From Candidatus Fermentibacteraceae bacterium (GTDB lineage Bacteria; Fermentibacterota; Fermentibacteria; Fermentibacterales; JCC-6): a stretch of DNA of 64,000 bases. Position numbers and translations under genes: made by a program. This document shows positions 29,650 through 38,373 of the stretch, piece after piece (the first letter of the stretch is position 1; the number at the start of each line of letters is the position of its first letter). Location: positions 96,001 to 160,000 of the forward strand of contig JBGSZS010000004.1 of NCBI GenBank assembly GCA_041750285.1, written 5' to 3'. The notes below the pieces were generated by a model. That model was given only the letters and a program-made list of their open reading frames with translations. It did not search any database and was not told where the DNA came from.

Positions 29650-29939
29650 TCCTCCCCCTCCTCCACGTCTTCGGTTTCGGCGATCTCTTCAATGTCCTCG
29701 TGAAACTCCTCGCTGAGGGTGTCTATTATCTCCCTGGCCTTTTCCTCGTCGCTCTCCAGAACCAGCACGTAACCCCAAACCTTCCTGAAGGCCATCGCTA
29801 TGGTGCCGTATGCCGGGATCTGTCTGCTCTGTACAGCGGCCTCGATGCCTTCACCCCGAAGGATTGAGCTTATGCTTATTGCCTCGATCTCGCTTCCGGC
29901 CTCGAAGACCCTCACGAGCTTCTCTTCGTCCAGTGACAT
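29646..29939 (-). CDS. DUF2007 domain protein
   Basis: EIEA..I.SILRGEGIEA...VLVLESDEEKAREII; acidic tail. Confidence 0.75.
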   Translation of the reverse strand: MSLDEEKLVRVFEAGSEIEAISISSILRGEGIEAAVQSRQIPAYGTIAMAFRKVWGYVLVLESDEEKAREIIDTLSEEFHEDIEEIAETEDVEEGEE

Positions 29940-29967
29940 GGTGCCCCCTTACTGAGTTCACGGCGGG

Positions 29968-29978
29968 TGAAGTATAAT
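29968..29978 (+). promoter_or_regulatory. Putative -10 box for the thiC-like gene
   Basis: Perfect TATAAT at 29973-29978 in a 70-bp divergent intergenic region. Confidence 0.5.
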
Positions 29979-30009
29979 CTTTGGCCGACATCATGAAAGG
30001 ACTTCTGAT

Positions 30010-31296
30010 TTGACCATACTCGAAGAGATACGGAACGGCGGAACGCCCGATACGGTAAGGAAAGCCTGCGAGACCGAGCATTTGTCGCCCGAAGAGCTGT
30101 CCCGCTCCATCGGCCTGGGCCACGGGATAGTCCCCGCGAACCTGCTGCGCAACATCGTGAAACCCTGCGCCATCGGGGGCGGTTCCCGGGTGAAGGTGAA
30201 CGCCAACATTGGAAGCTCGCGCGACCTCGAATCAATGGAACAGGAACTCCTCAAGCTGAAGACTGCCGTCGCCTGCGGCGCGGACACCGTGATGGACCTT
30301 TCCACCGGCCCGGCATGGCGCGGGATCCTCTCGCACATCCTTTCGCACAGCCCGGTTCCGATCGGCACCGTCCCCCTCTATCAGGTTTTCGGTGAGGTGC
30401 TTGAAAAGGGGGGTGACGTGTCCGATGTCTCGCCCGAAGACATCTTCCGTGCCGTCGAGGAGCACTGCAGCGCCGGGGTCGACTACCTCACCCTCCACTG
30501 CGGGGTGACAAGGCGTTCGGTTGCCCTGCTGAAGAGCAGGGGCCGGAGGATGGGCATCGTTTCACGGGGCGGCTCGCTCATGGCGGAATGGATGGAGAAA
30601 AGGGGCGAGGAAAACCCCCTCTACTCCGGTTTCGACAGGCTGATCGAGATTCTTCGCCGGTACGACGCCGTTTTCTCGCTGGGTGACGGCCTGCGGCCCG
30701 GGTGCGTCTCCGACGCCGGCGACACGGCGCAGATGGAGGAACTGGTGACGCTGGGCGAGCTGCAGCAGCGTTCACTGGCCGCCGGTGTTCAGGTGATGAT
30801 CGAGGGTCCCGGGCATGTTCCCATCAACCGCATAGCCGAGAACATCCGCATCCAGAAGACCGTCTGCAACGGAGCCCCGTTCTACGTTCTGGGCCCCATC
30901 GTGACCGATGTGGCTCCCGGGTACGACCACATAACGAGCGCCATCGGCGGCGCCATTGCCGCGGTTAACGGCGCGGATTTCCTGTGCTACGTGACCCCCG
31001 CCGAACACCTCAGGCTCCCCGACGTCAACGACGTCAGGATGGGCGTCATCTCCGCCCGGATAGCCGCCCATGCCGCCGACATGGCAAGGGGGATCCCCGG
31101 GGCGGTGGATTGGGACAACGCCATGGCCGATGCCAGGGCATCCTTCGACTGGGAGAAGCAGTTCGAACTGTGCATGGATCCCCAGACCGCAAGGAGGATG
31201 AGGGGCGAAGCCCTTCCCGAGGACGGCGATGTGTGCTCGATGTGCGGCCACCTGTGCGCCCTGAAGACAAGCAGACGAACCCTCGGGAAAGCCTGA
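30010..31296 (+). CDS. thiC: Phosphomethylpyrimidine synthase ThiC family (short type; Bza paralogue not excluded)
   Basis: KVNANIGSS, GADTVMDLST, IGTVPLYQ, TLHCG, IVSRGGS, SLGDGLRPG, EGPGHVP, CYVTPAEHL, CSMCGHLC. Confidence 0.9.
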   Translation: MTILEEIRNGGTPDTVRKACETEHLSPEELSRSIGLGHGIVPANLLRNIVKPCAIGGGSRVKVNANIGSSRDLESMEQELLKLKTAVACGADTVMDLSTGPAWRGILSHILSHSPVPIGTVPLYQVFGEVLEKGGDVSDVSPEDIFRAVEEHCSAGVDYLTLHCGVTRRSVALLKSRGRRMGIVSRGGSLMAEWMEKRGEENPLYSGFDRLIEILRRYDAVFSLGDGLRPGCVSDAGDTAQMEELVTLGELQQRSLAAGVQVMIEGPGHVPINRIAENIRIQKTVCNGAPFYVLGPIVTDVAPGYDHITSAIGGAIAAVNGADFLCYVTPAEHLRLPDVNDVRMGVISARIAAHAADMARGIPGAVDWDNAMADARASFDWEKQFELCMDPQTARRMRGEALPEDGDVCSMCGHLCALKTSRRTLGKA

Positions 31297-31302
31297 TCCC
31301 GC

Positions 31303-32514
31303 CTAGAACGAGTACCTGTCCAGCATGAAGATGGTGGAAGGGACCACCGGCAGCTCCTGCCTGACCCTGTAGAGGTAGAACTCGTCGGGTTCCCAGCCCA
31401 GGTTCCTGAAAACCTCGGCAAGCATCTCGCCGTAATCAGGCACCAGGGGGGTGTAGGTGCCGTCAAGGCCGCTGCCCCTGATCGAAATGGTGGTTTCGAT
31501 GGGCAGCCTGTCGCACTTGAAACGCCTGGACAGCGGGCCGCTTCTCCCGTTGAAATCCCCCATCACCTCGACCCTGGGCTCCTGCGCGAGAAGAAGGCTC
31601 TCGTGTACGAACTGGTCGAAGACGAGGTTCTGAACGGGCGTATAGACGCTTATGAAGACCTCGTGGGTCCTGTCGCCGGCCGGAATGTCGGATAGGCGGA
31701 AAACGTTCCGGGTCACCGTGCCCGTTACCGAGTTCATCAGCGTTGTGTTGCCGACAGGCCCCTCGACAAGCTCGTACGTGGGGCCGCAGGCGCTGCGGGT
31801 TATTGCCTTCACCTCGGGCAGGGGGTCGCTGCAGTAGTTCAGCAGGAACGGGACGTTCTTTTCGAGGTTCGACCCGGCTTCGGGGTCGATGGGCTCGGCG
31901 GGAAGCGGTTCGCCGGTCGGGGCGTTGAGGCATTCGCTGTGAACTATCCAGCGGGTCGACCTGCGGTTCCGCCTTATTTTGTACAGGCCCTTCAGGATCG
32001 CTATGCTGAACGCGCCTTCCCGGCCGGGGCCGAAAATCCAGGTGTTGAGCTGGGTTTCGGCCTGAAGGCCCAGCATGTGGCTCTGGTTCTGATAGAGGTT
32101 TTTCTGAAGCGTCTTGAAGGCCTGCTGCCTGCCGTTGTCGCTGCTGGTCATAAGCATCAGGTCGAGTGACTGCCTGTCACCCGAGTGAACGTCCACAAGG
32201 CCGTAGAACTCCTCGACCGCCTTCATCGCGTCGTCGAGAAGCTCCTGGGGAACTCCCTTTCCCCTGCAGCTCTTCAGGAAGCGGCTGAAACTCTGCTTGC
32301 CGGGAATGAACTGGGCGGCGAAGAAGATGTCGTCTTCGTGAACGATGCGGAAGATACGCCATCCCAGCTTTTTATCGAGATTGAGGACCTGGTAGACGTC
32401 GTGGGGGTTCTCGATGTACGCGGGCAGGGCATCCATCAGGGCACCGATGCGCCTCTTGACCTCGAGCACGGTTTTTCTGACGTCGTCTTCGAAGCACCCC
32501 GTAAAGCAGTTCAT
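31303..32514 (-). CDS. Hypothetical protein with possible N-terminal HTH (regulator-like)
   Basis: 403-aa ORF with strong coding codon bias; PHDVYQVLNLDKKLGWRIF resembles a helix-turn-helix. Confidence 0.7.
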   Translation of the reverse strand: MNCFTGCFEDDVRKTVLEVKRRIGALMDALPAYIENPHDVYQVLNLDKKLGWRIFRIVHEDDIFFAAQFIPGKQSFSRFLKSCRGKGVPQELLDDAMKAVEEFYGLVDVHSGDRQSLDLMLMTSSDNGRQQAFKTLQKNLYQNQSHMLGLQAETQLNTWIFGPGREGAFSIAILKGLYKIRRNRRSTRWIVHSECLNAPTGEPLPAEPIDPEAGSNLEKNVPFLLNYCSDPLPEVKAITRSACGPTYELVEGPVGNTTLMNSVTGTVTRNVFRLSDIPAGDRTHEVFISVYTPVQNLVFDQFVHESLLLAQEPRVEVMGDFNGRSGPLSRRFKCDRLPIETTISIRGSGLDGTYTPLVPDYGEMLAEVFRNLGWEPDEFYLYRVRQELPVVPSTIFMLDRYSF

Positions 32515-32619
32515 TGCATCCCCCTGCAGTTAAACAGCGCAAATGGTTTGAAAGTGATAATATAACGATTCCGAACGGTATTGGAAGTGATTATAGAATC
32601 AGGGACTTCCGCGAAGTGC

Positions 32620-33285
32620 TCAGGGGCTTTCCTTGAGAAGACCGCTGAAAAGGTCTTCCTGCCTTGTTGTGACCACGTCCAGATCGCTTCGGTTGCCCTG
32701 GATGAATATCTTGTCCTCGCCCAGGACCTTGTTCACTGAAGGTTCACCGATGGTGAAACCCCTTCTGAACTCGCGGGTGGTCCACGATGAGATGAGCAGC
32801 TTCCTGCCGGTCTGTTCAAAAAAAGCCTTCGAGCACTCAGAAAGCCTGCCGCACCGTGACTCTCCGATGACTGCAAGCCTTATGGGAGTGTCGTCGCTTG
32901 CGTTGCCCGCGGCATACTCGCCATGAATGAAAGCTATGCCAAGTTCGGAGCTGACCGGTTCAAGAAGTGATTCCAGGGCTTCCACCAATCCGGTGGTCTT
33001 GGAGAAGATGGAACGCAGCTCCCTGTAGATCAGGCAGTCACGGTTCACCTTGAAGTGCACCTGGTTGCCCCTGCGAAGCCTGACGACGATGCCGGCCCGT
33101 GCCAGCCTTCCAAGTTCGCGTTGAACCGCCCCCCTGCCGCACTGCAGCAGACGTATCAGTTCGAGCACGTAGAAAGAGCGGTCACTGTGGAGCATCAGGG
33201 TGGAGAGTATCTGCCTTCGAACCTTGCCGAAAAGGCACTCTCCAAGCAGCTCGTTGGGGTTCGTACTCATACAGGGTACATTCAT
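32620..33285 (-). CDS. Winged-HTH plus nucleotidyltransferase-like (MNT) protein, degenerate
   Basis: LFGKVRRQIL...FYVLELIRLL..GRGAVQRELGRLARAGIV...GNQVHF...ELRSIF.KT.G, then AFIHGEYAAG.....PIRLAVIG. The start may be the second Met (33270). Confidence 0.75.
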   Translation of the reverse strand: MNVPCMSTNPNELLGECLFGKVRRQILSTLMLHSDRSFYVLELIRLLQCGRGAVQRELGRLARAGIVVRLRRGNQVHFKVNRDCLIYRELRSIFSKTTGLVEALESLLEPVSSELGIAFIHGEYAAGNASDDTPIRLAVIGESRCGRLSECSKAFFEQTGRKLLISSWTTREFRRGFTIGEPSVNKVLGEDKIFIQGNRSDLDVVTTRQEDLFSGLLKESP

Positions 33286-33332
33286 ACTTTTTATGGGTAA
33301 GTCAATACTGGCTGCAACAAATCGGACAAAAA

Positions 33333-33341
33333 TGGTATACT
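33333..33341 (+). promoter_or_regulatory. Extended -10 promoter for the M28 peptidase gene
   Basis: TGgTATACT about 30 nt upstream of ATG 33372. Confidence 0.55.
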
Positions 33342-33371
33342 AGGATCAACGAACACCCGAAGGGAAGATCC

Positions 33372-34871
33372 ATGAAAACAATGATCGCATTCCTCCTGAT
33401 CGCACTGGCCCAGGTTTCTTTCGCAAGCGGGCTGGTCATCGTCGAGCGGGACATTCGCGACGTCCTCCCCCTGAGCGATGGCGTGACCGTCTACCACGTG
33501 GCCGAGAACTGGTTCCTGGCCGAAGCGCCGGCCTCCTGGGGCGAGACCGTTGCGGAAAGCGCCGAAGGCCTTTACATCGCCCATCTTTCCGATGAGAACG
33601 CTCAGGTTCCGGGCCGCGCCGTCTTCTCCCGTGACGGAATGACCGTTTTCGAGCCCCTCTCTCCCCTTCCGCTCACCGCCCACCCGGGCATCAGGCAGAT
33701 AACCCCCCTCAGGCCCTACAACGAAGCCGCCTTTCGCCAGCCCGTCCAGCTCCCCTTCGGCGGAAGCCGCGACATGGTGTCGGAGATCGTAGGGCAGCTC
33801 AGCGAGGACAGTCTGAAAAGCCACATCCAGAACCTGCAGGACTTCCAGACCAGGCTCTGCATAACGCCCCAGTTCTTTGAAAGCGCGTTCTGGGTGGCCG
33901 CCAAATACGAGTCGTACGGCCTCGAGTCCGTGGCGGTCGACACGTTCGACTTCACCTTCTACGGCAACCCCTACCAGTCCGCCAACGTACAGGCCGAACT
34001 TCCCGGAACCCTCGAGGAGCCCGGCATCGTGCTCATCACCGGTCACCTCGACGCCATTACGTACACCTCGCCCTACGAATTCGCGCCGGGAGCCGACGAC
34101 AACGCCAGCGGGTGCGCCACGGTGCTCGAGGCTGCCCGCATACTCAGCCAGTACGAGTTCCCCAACACCCTGCGCTTCGTCTGCTTCGGCGCCGAGGAGC
34201 TCGGGCTCATCGGCAGCGAGTACTACGCCGAGAACTCGTACAACCTGGGTGAGAACATCGTCGCGGTCATGAACCTCGACATGATCCTCTACGGCCCCGA
34301 ATCCAACAGGGCCCTCTTCGTGCCATACAACTCGACCTCCGAGTTCATCGCCGGCATGTTCGGCGAAGTGGCAGGCACGTACGTCCCCGAGCTCGAACTG
34401 AACGTGATGTACTCACCGGGCACCACCTACAGCGATCACGCCCCGTTCTGGCAGAACGGCTACGCGGCGCTGCTGGGCATCGAGGCAGCCATCGACGACA
34501 ACCCTCACTACCACCAGGACAGCGACATTCTCGAGAACTATGAGGAGTTCTGGCCCTTCGGTACCGAGTGCGCGAAGGCCGCGCTCGCATTCACCGCCCA
34601 GGCCGCCCTGACGGACTGGCTCGGCATCGAAGGCACCGCCCCGGCATCCGTGGCCCTGACGGTCTTCCCCAACCCAGCCTCCACCATCCTCGGGCTTTCA
34701 CTGGGTGGAGAAGCCCCGGAGGGTGTGTCGCTCTTCGACATAACCGGGCGAATGGTCCTCTCGGGAAGCGGAGCGACGCTTGACGTTTCGGGGCTGGCCC
34801 CCGGCGTTTACCTCGTAAGGGCCGCCACCGAAGGCGGTTTCAGTACGGCCAGGGTGGTGCTCACCAGGTAG
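33372..34871 (+). CDS. M28 family aminopeptidase with C-terminal T9SS-type sorting domain
   Basis: Signal peptide; GHLD, PGADDNASG, GAEELGLIGS, NLDMI, SDHAPF, YHQDSD; VFPNP...LFDITGR...LAPGVYLV. Confidence 0.92.
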   Translation: MKTMIAFLLIALAQVSFASGLVIVERDIRDVLPLSDGVTVYHVAENWFLAEAPASWGETVAESAEGLYIAHLSDENAQVPGRAVFSRDGMTVFEPLSPLPLTAHPGIRQITPLRPYNEAAFRQPVQLPFGGSRDMVSEIVGQLSEDSLKSHIQNLQDFQTRLCITPQFFESAFWVAAKYESYGLESVAVDTFDFTFYGNPYQSANVQAELPGTLEEPGIVLITGHLDAITYTSPYEFAPGADDNASGCATVLEAARILSQYEFPNTLRFVCFGAEELGLIGSEYYAENSYNLGENIVAVMNLDMILYGPESNRALFVPYNSTSEFIAGMFGEVAGTYVPELELNVMYSPGTTYSDHAPFWQNGYAALLGIEAAIDDNPHYHQDSDILENYEEFWPFGTECAKAALAFTAQAALTDWLGIEGTAPASVALTVFPNPASTILGLSLGGEAPEGVSLFDITGRMVLSGSGATLDVSGLAPGVYLVRAATEGGFSTARVVLTR

Positions 34872-34875
34872 ACGG

Positions 34876-35331
34876 TCAGTCCGTGAACATTATCTTCCGG
34901 GGATTGCCGGGGTTGACCCGTATCTGATGAACGCTTCCCACCGCGTAGGAAGCTATGTTCACCATTGAGACGACTTCCCTGTGCTCCACCTGGTACACCC
35001 CGTTGGAGTCGCTCGTGACTTCGAGCGCGAACTTGATCTTCGGCATGTTGTTGATGTAGGTGCCGGTCTCGGAAACGGAGAGCACCTTCGCCGTCGCCGG
35101 AAGCCACGTCTCCAGTGCATTCCTCCGGCGTGCCGCCATGAAGCGGAGGACCAGGATAAGCGAAAGGTCCGAGACCAACCAGAAACCGCCGAAAATCCAC
35201 AGAAAAACTTTCAACGGGTGACCGTCGTCGGTCTCTGCCTCGGGGCTCACCAGGAACCCCGCCACTATCATTGCCACACCTATGAGAATGAAGAACTTGA
35301 AAACGCTCCAGTTTACCCCCCAGACAGCCAT
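34876..35331 (-). CDS. Hypothetical membrane protein (two TM helices plus OB-like DUF3592-type domain)
   Basis: Two hydrophobic helices, then ATAKVLSVSETGTYINN.P...IRVNPGNP. Confidence 0.65.
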   Translation of the reverse strand: MAVWGVNWSVFKFFILIGVAMIVAGFLVSPEAETDDGHPLKVFLWIFGGFWLVSDLSLILVLRFMAARRRNALETWLPATAKVLSVSETGTYINNMPKIKFALEVTSDSNGVYQVEHREVVSMVNIASYAVGSVHQIRVNPGNPRKIMFTD

Positions 35332-35457
35332 GTTCCATCCCCCTCTGTGAACCTTTTTTTTCCTTCACCGCTCCCTAAGATAAAACAGAAGGAAGAGAGT
35401 GCGAAGTGCTTCCAAAAGCTCCAACCGGCATATTCACCGGAATCGGGGGGTCGGATC

Positions 35458-36237
35458 ATGAGAATACTCATTACAGTTGTTCTGGGAGTGACGGCAGCCG
35501 GTACATGTCGGGCAGCCGGTTTTCCATACAGACTCCAGCCCGGTGTTGACGGCCCGGCAAGCGCTGCATTCGCTTCCGTTCTGGCAACCGGGTTTCTGCT
35601 CGAAAGCGATGGGGAAGAGACACCCTGGAACGGTGTTCCGCTGGATGATACGGGTGTGAACGGTTTCGACCGCTGGGCAATGAGACCCTACTCACAGGGT
35701 CTGGACGATGCCGGAACAGCTGCACAGCTCCTGACAATGGCGTCTCCGACTGTCCTTGCCGCCACCGACCCGGGCAACTGGCTGACCGTGGGAGTGATGT
35801 ACGCCCAGTCCGTCATGCTCACGTGCGGTCTGAAGAACACCCTGAAGGGTCTCGTCGACCGGAACCGCCCTTACATGTACTTCGATGATCCCAGCGAAGA
35901 AGGGCTGGAAAGCGGCGACCGCCTCAATTCATTCCCCTCGGGTCACACAGCCTACGCCTTCAACGGGGCGGTCTTCACCTCTCTCGTTTTCACGCGATGC
36001 TTCCCCGATTCCCCATGGAAAACACCGGTCATTGCGGGTTCGATGGGCCTGGCAGTAACCACCGCCGTTCTCAGGATCGAAAGCGGGAACCACTTCCTTT
36101 CGGATGTGCTTGCGGGAGCGGCTATTGGTGGTCTGTCTGGCTTTCTTATCCCCTGGCTGCACGAGACTGAAGGCTCGGCCGAAGGACTTTCGGTCACGCC
36201 TCTCCCGTCCGGGGGGATGGTCACGCTCCGGTTCTAG
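35458..36237 (+). CDS. PAP2 family phosphatase
   Basis: KGLVDRNRP, SFPSGH, RIESGNHFLSDV. Confidence 0.9.
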   Translation: MRILITVVLGVTAAGTCRAAGFPYRLQPGVDGPASAAFASVLATGFLLESDGEETPWNGVPLDDTGVNGFDRWAMRPYSQGLDDAGTAAQLLTMASPTVLAATDPGNWLTVGVMYAQSVMLTCGLKNTLKGLVDRNRPYMYFDDPSEEGLESGDRLNSFPSGHTAYAFNGAVFTSLVFTRCFPDSPWKTPVIAGSMGLAVTTAVLRIESGNHFLSDVLAGAAIGGLSGFLIPWLHETEGSAEGLSVTPLPSGGMVTLRF

Positions 36238-36248
36238 CCGGCAGCGCC

Positions 36249-36288
36249 TTGACACAACTGTACTACTGTTATAGTATTGTAGTACAGT
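36249..36288 (+). promoter_or_regulatory. Sigma-70 promoter overlapped by a YtrA-type palindromic operator
   Basis: TTGACA (36249)-17 nt-TAGTAT; perfect inverted repeat ACTGTACTAC-N12-GTAGTACAGT (36257-36288) just before the AAGGAGG RBS. Confidence 0.85.
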
Positions 36289-36302
36289 AAGGAGGTCAGG
36301 GC

Positions 36303-36692
36303 ATGTTCCGTGTAGATCCGGATTCCCCGGTACCCGTCTATGAACAGCTGAAAAGGCAGATCAGGCTCGGTATCGTATCGGGGGCCTTTCCCCCCGGGTA
36401 CAGGATGGCGTCGATCCGTGAGCTTGCATCAGAGCTTACGGTGAACCCCAACACCGTTGCAAAGGTGTACGGCCAGCTGGAAACCGAGGGCTTCCTGGTC
36501 TCCAGGGCGGGTTCAGGTTTCTATGTGAAGGACTGCAAGGAAAGTGTTCTTGAAACAAGGCACGAGCTGCTTGCCGAACTTGCGGCCGAGTTCGTGGCCC
36601 GGTCGGTTGAACTTGGCCTGACCCCGAATGAGATCCGGGCAGCGCTTTGCGAAGAGCTGGAAAGGAGACCCGACCTTGATACGGATGAGTGA
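36303..36692 (+). CDS. GntR family (YtrA subfamily) transcriptional regulator
   Basis: PVYEQLKRQI...SIRELASELTVNPNTVAKVYGQLE.EG......GSGFYV; short C-terminus. Confidence 0.93.
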   Translation: MFRVDPDSPVPVYEQLKRQIRLGIVSGAFPPGYRMASIRELASELTVNPNTVAKVYGQLETEGFLVSRAGSGFYVKDCKESVLETRHELLAELAAEFVARSVELGLTPNEIRAALCEELERRPDLDTDE

Positions 36693-37389
36693 CATTACCT
36701 GCGGCTACGGTGGAAAGCCTGTCCTTTCGGGAGTATCCCTCGACATCGAAGAGGGCACGACAACTATGCTCACGGGGCCGAACGGAGCCGGCAAATCCAC
36801 CCTTTTGCGCGTTCTCGCCGGAACTCTCGCCCCGACAAGGGGAACGGTCGATTACGGCTGGCCCGGCGAAAGGGACCCCCGGCGGTTCATAGGTTTCCTG
36901 CCGGACAGCCTTGGCATGTACGCTTCCCTGAGCGTTGCCGAGGCAACGCGCATACACCAGGAAGCTTTCGGCGTGGACCCCTCTCCCCTCCCCCTTCCAG
37001 GGAAGGCATCGATCTCCGAAAGAACTGTGATAAGTGAGCTTTCCATGGGTCAAAGGGTGCTTTTTCAGCTCGCCCTTCTGCTCTCCACCCGGCCAAGATT
37101 CATCCTCCTGGACGAGGTCCTTCACTCCGTTGACCCGTACCTTCGAAGCCTTGCCCTCGAAGCAATCGTTGCGGCTATGGCGGAGAGCAACCCGACCGTC
37201 GTTATGGTGAACCTCAACTACCGTGAGACGGCACCCCTTGCCGAGCGCGTGGTGTTCCTGGGCAGGGATGGGATACTGCTTGACGAACCCGTGGAAAAAC
37301 TTGGCGAACGAAGCTCCGAAAGCGGCCTGCCCGGGATACTGACCGGGCTGATGGAAAAAGCCCGTGAAGAAGGGAAGGACTATCGATGA
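36676..37389 (+). CDS. ABC transporter ATP-binding protein (YtrB-like)
   Basis: GPNGAGKST, LSMGQ, ILLDE; TTG start overlapping gntR. Confidence 0.85.
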   Translation: MIRMSDITCGYGGKPVLSGVSLDIEEGTTTMLTGPNGAGKSTLLRVLAGTLAPTRGTVDYGWPGERDPRRFIGFLPDSLGMYASLSVAEATRIHQEAFGVDPSPLPLPGKASISERTVISELSMGQRVLFQLALLLSTRPRFILLDEVLHSVDPYLRSLALEAIVAAMAESNPTVVMVNLNYRETAPLAERVVFLGRDGILLDEPVEKLGERSSESGLPGILTGLMEKAREEGKDYR

Positions 37390-38165
37390 GAACATCCTCG
37401 CTGCTTCGAAGGGAGACAAGGGACACACTGCGGCAGACCGGAGCGATGCTTTTGTTCCTGCTTCTGATACCCCTGGTGTATGCTTTCAACAACGCACGCT
37501 TCGGTGGCACGATGAGCCTTTCCCATCACTTCTTTTACGGTTGCTGTTTCGTGCTTGCCGCCACACTTCTGGTGCTTGCGCGCTTCATGTTCGAAAGGGA
37601 GTGCCGTGACGGTGCGATGGAGTACCTGAAGACACTGCCCCTGACCCCGGCGCGGGTTCTGTTCGTGAAGGTCCTTCCCCGTCTTGCCGTATCCTGGGTC
37701 CTTGTGTGGCTTTTCGTAAAAGTCTTCTTCGGCGGCCTGTTCAGCCTGATGAGAACCGGATTGACGGGCTGGGAGTTGTTCCTGCTGTTCTTCCTTCCGC
37801 CTGCGCTTCTTTTAACAGGTGGATTCCTGTACGGGGTTTCAGGCAGGAAGGGCGCCCTCTCTGCGCTGATGCTTCTGATACCGGTTCTCTACATCTTTTT
37901 CCCGGGCCAGGATGTTGCCCACTCGCTTTTTGGCGCGTTCCTGAGGCGGTACGGGGAAGGGATGAGCCTGGGAGGCGTACATGCTGCCCGGGCCATCTCT
38001 TTCACCATCGGCGCCCTTCTTCCCCCGCTGCTCTCCCTTCTTGCGCTGATGCCCCTTTTCCGCCAGTGGCAGAGCACACCGGAGAAGGTCCTGTCGGAGA
38101 GGATCGTAAGAAGGGCCGCAATTCCCACCGTGCTTATGCTTGCGCTGTTTCTGGTCCACATGTAG
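37386..38165 (+). CDS. ABC-2 type transporter permease
   Basis: Multi-TM; FERE..DGAMEYL.TLP....V...K motif; 4-nt overlap with the ATPase gene. Confidence 0.75.
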   Translation: MRTSSLLRRETRDTLRQTGAMLLFLLLIPLVYAFNNARFGGTMSLSHHFFYGCCFVLAATLLVLARFMFERECRDGAMEYLKTLPLTPARVLFVKVLPRLAVSWVLVWLFVKVFFGGLFSLMRTGLTGWELFLLFFLPPALLLTGGFLYGVSGRKGALSALMLLIPVLYIFFPGQDVAHSLFGAFLRRYGEGMSLGGVHAARAISFTIGALLPPLLSLLALMPLFRQWQSTPEKVLSERIVRRAAIPTVLMLALFLVHM

Positions 38166-38199
38166 ATGCAGTGAGGGAAGCCGGGGGGCAATTTTCGTT

Positions 38200-38231
38200 G
38201 CAGCAACTTAACGTTTCTGTTACGTTGCTGC
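38200..38231. repeat. Inverted repeat (terminator or operator) downstream of the ABC operon
   Basis: gcagcaac-t-taac-gtttct-gtta-c-gttgctgc. Confidence 0.55.
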
Positions 38232-38307
38232 CATGGATCTGCGGGCTGATGGAGAACGGCCCAGCATATCACTCACCTGCAGCATGGTGATTTCCCGCAT
38301 CATTTCA

Positions 38308-38361
38308 TTGACAGTTGGTGAATTATGTACTACATTTCTTTCGTAACATCTTTCTCGTAAC
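38308..38361 (+). promoter_or_regulatory. Sigma-70 promoter with downstream TCGTAAC direct repeats
   Basis: TTGACA (38308)-17 nt-TACATT (38331); TCGTAAC at 38341 and 38355. Confidence 0.65.
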
Positions 38362-38373
38362 GAAGGGAATGAA

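Noticed and set aside
27478..29703. 741-aa plus-strand ORF
   Set aside because: Antisense shadow of tdh and the cyclophilin gene; no motifs; expected from high-GC codon bias.
32542..32595. Spaced direct repeats as a mini-CRISPR
   Set aside because: Only two imperfect copies of about 21 nt with an 11-nt gap and no cas genes; better explained as operator sites.
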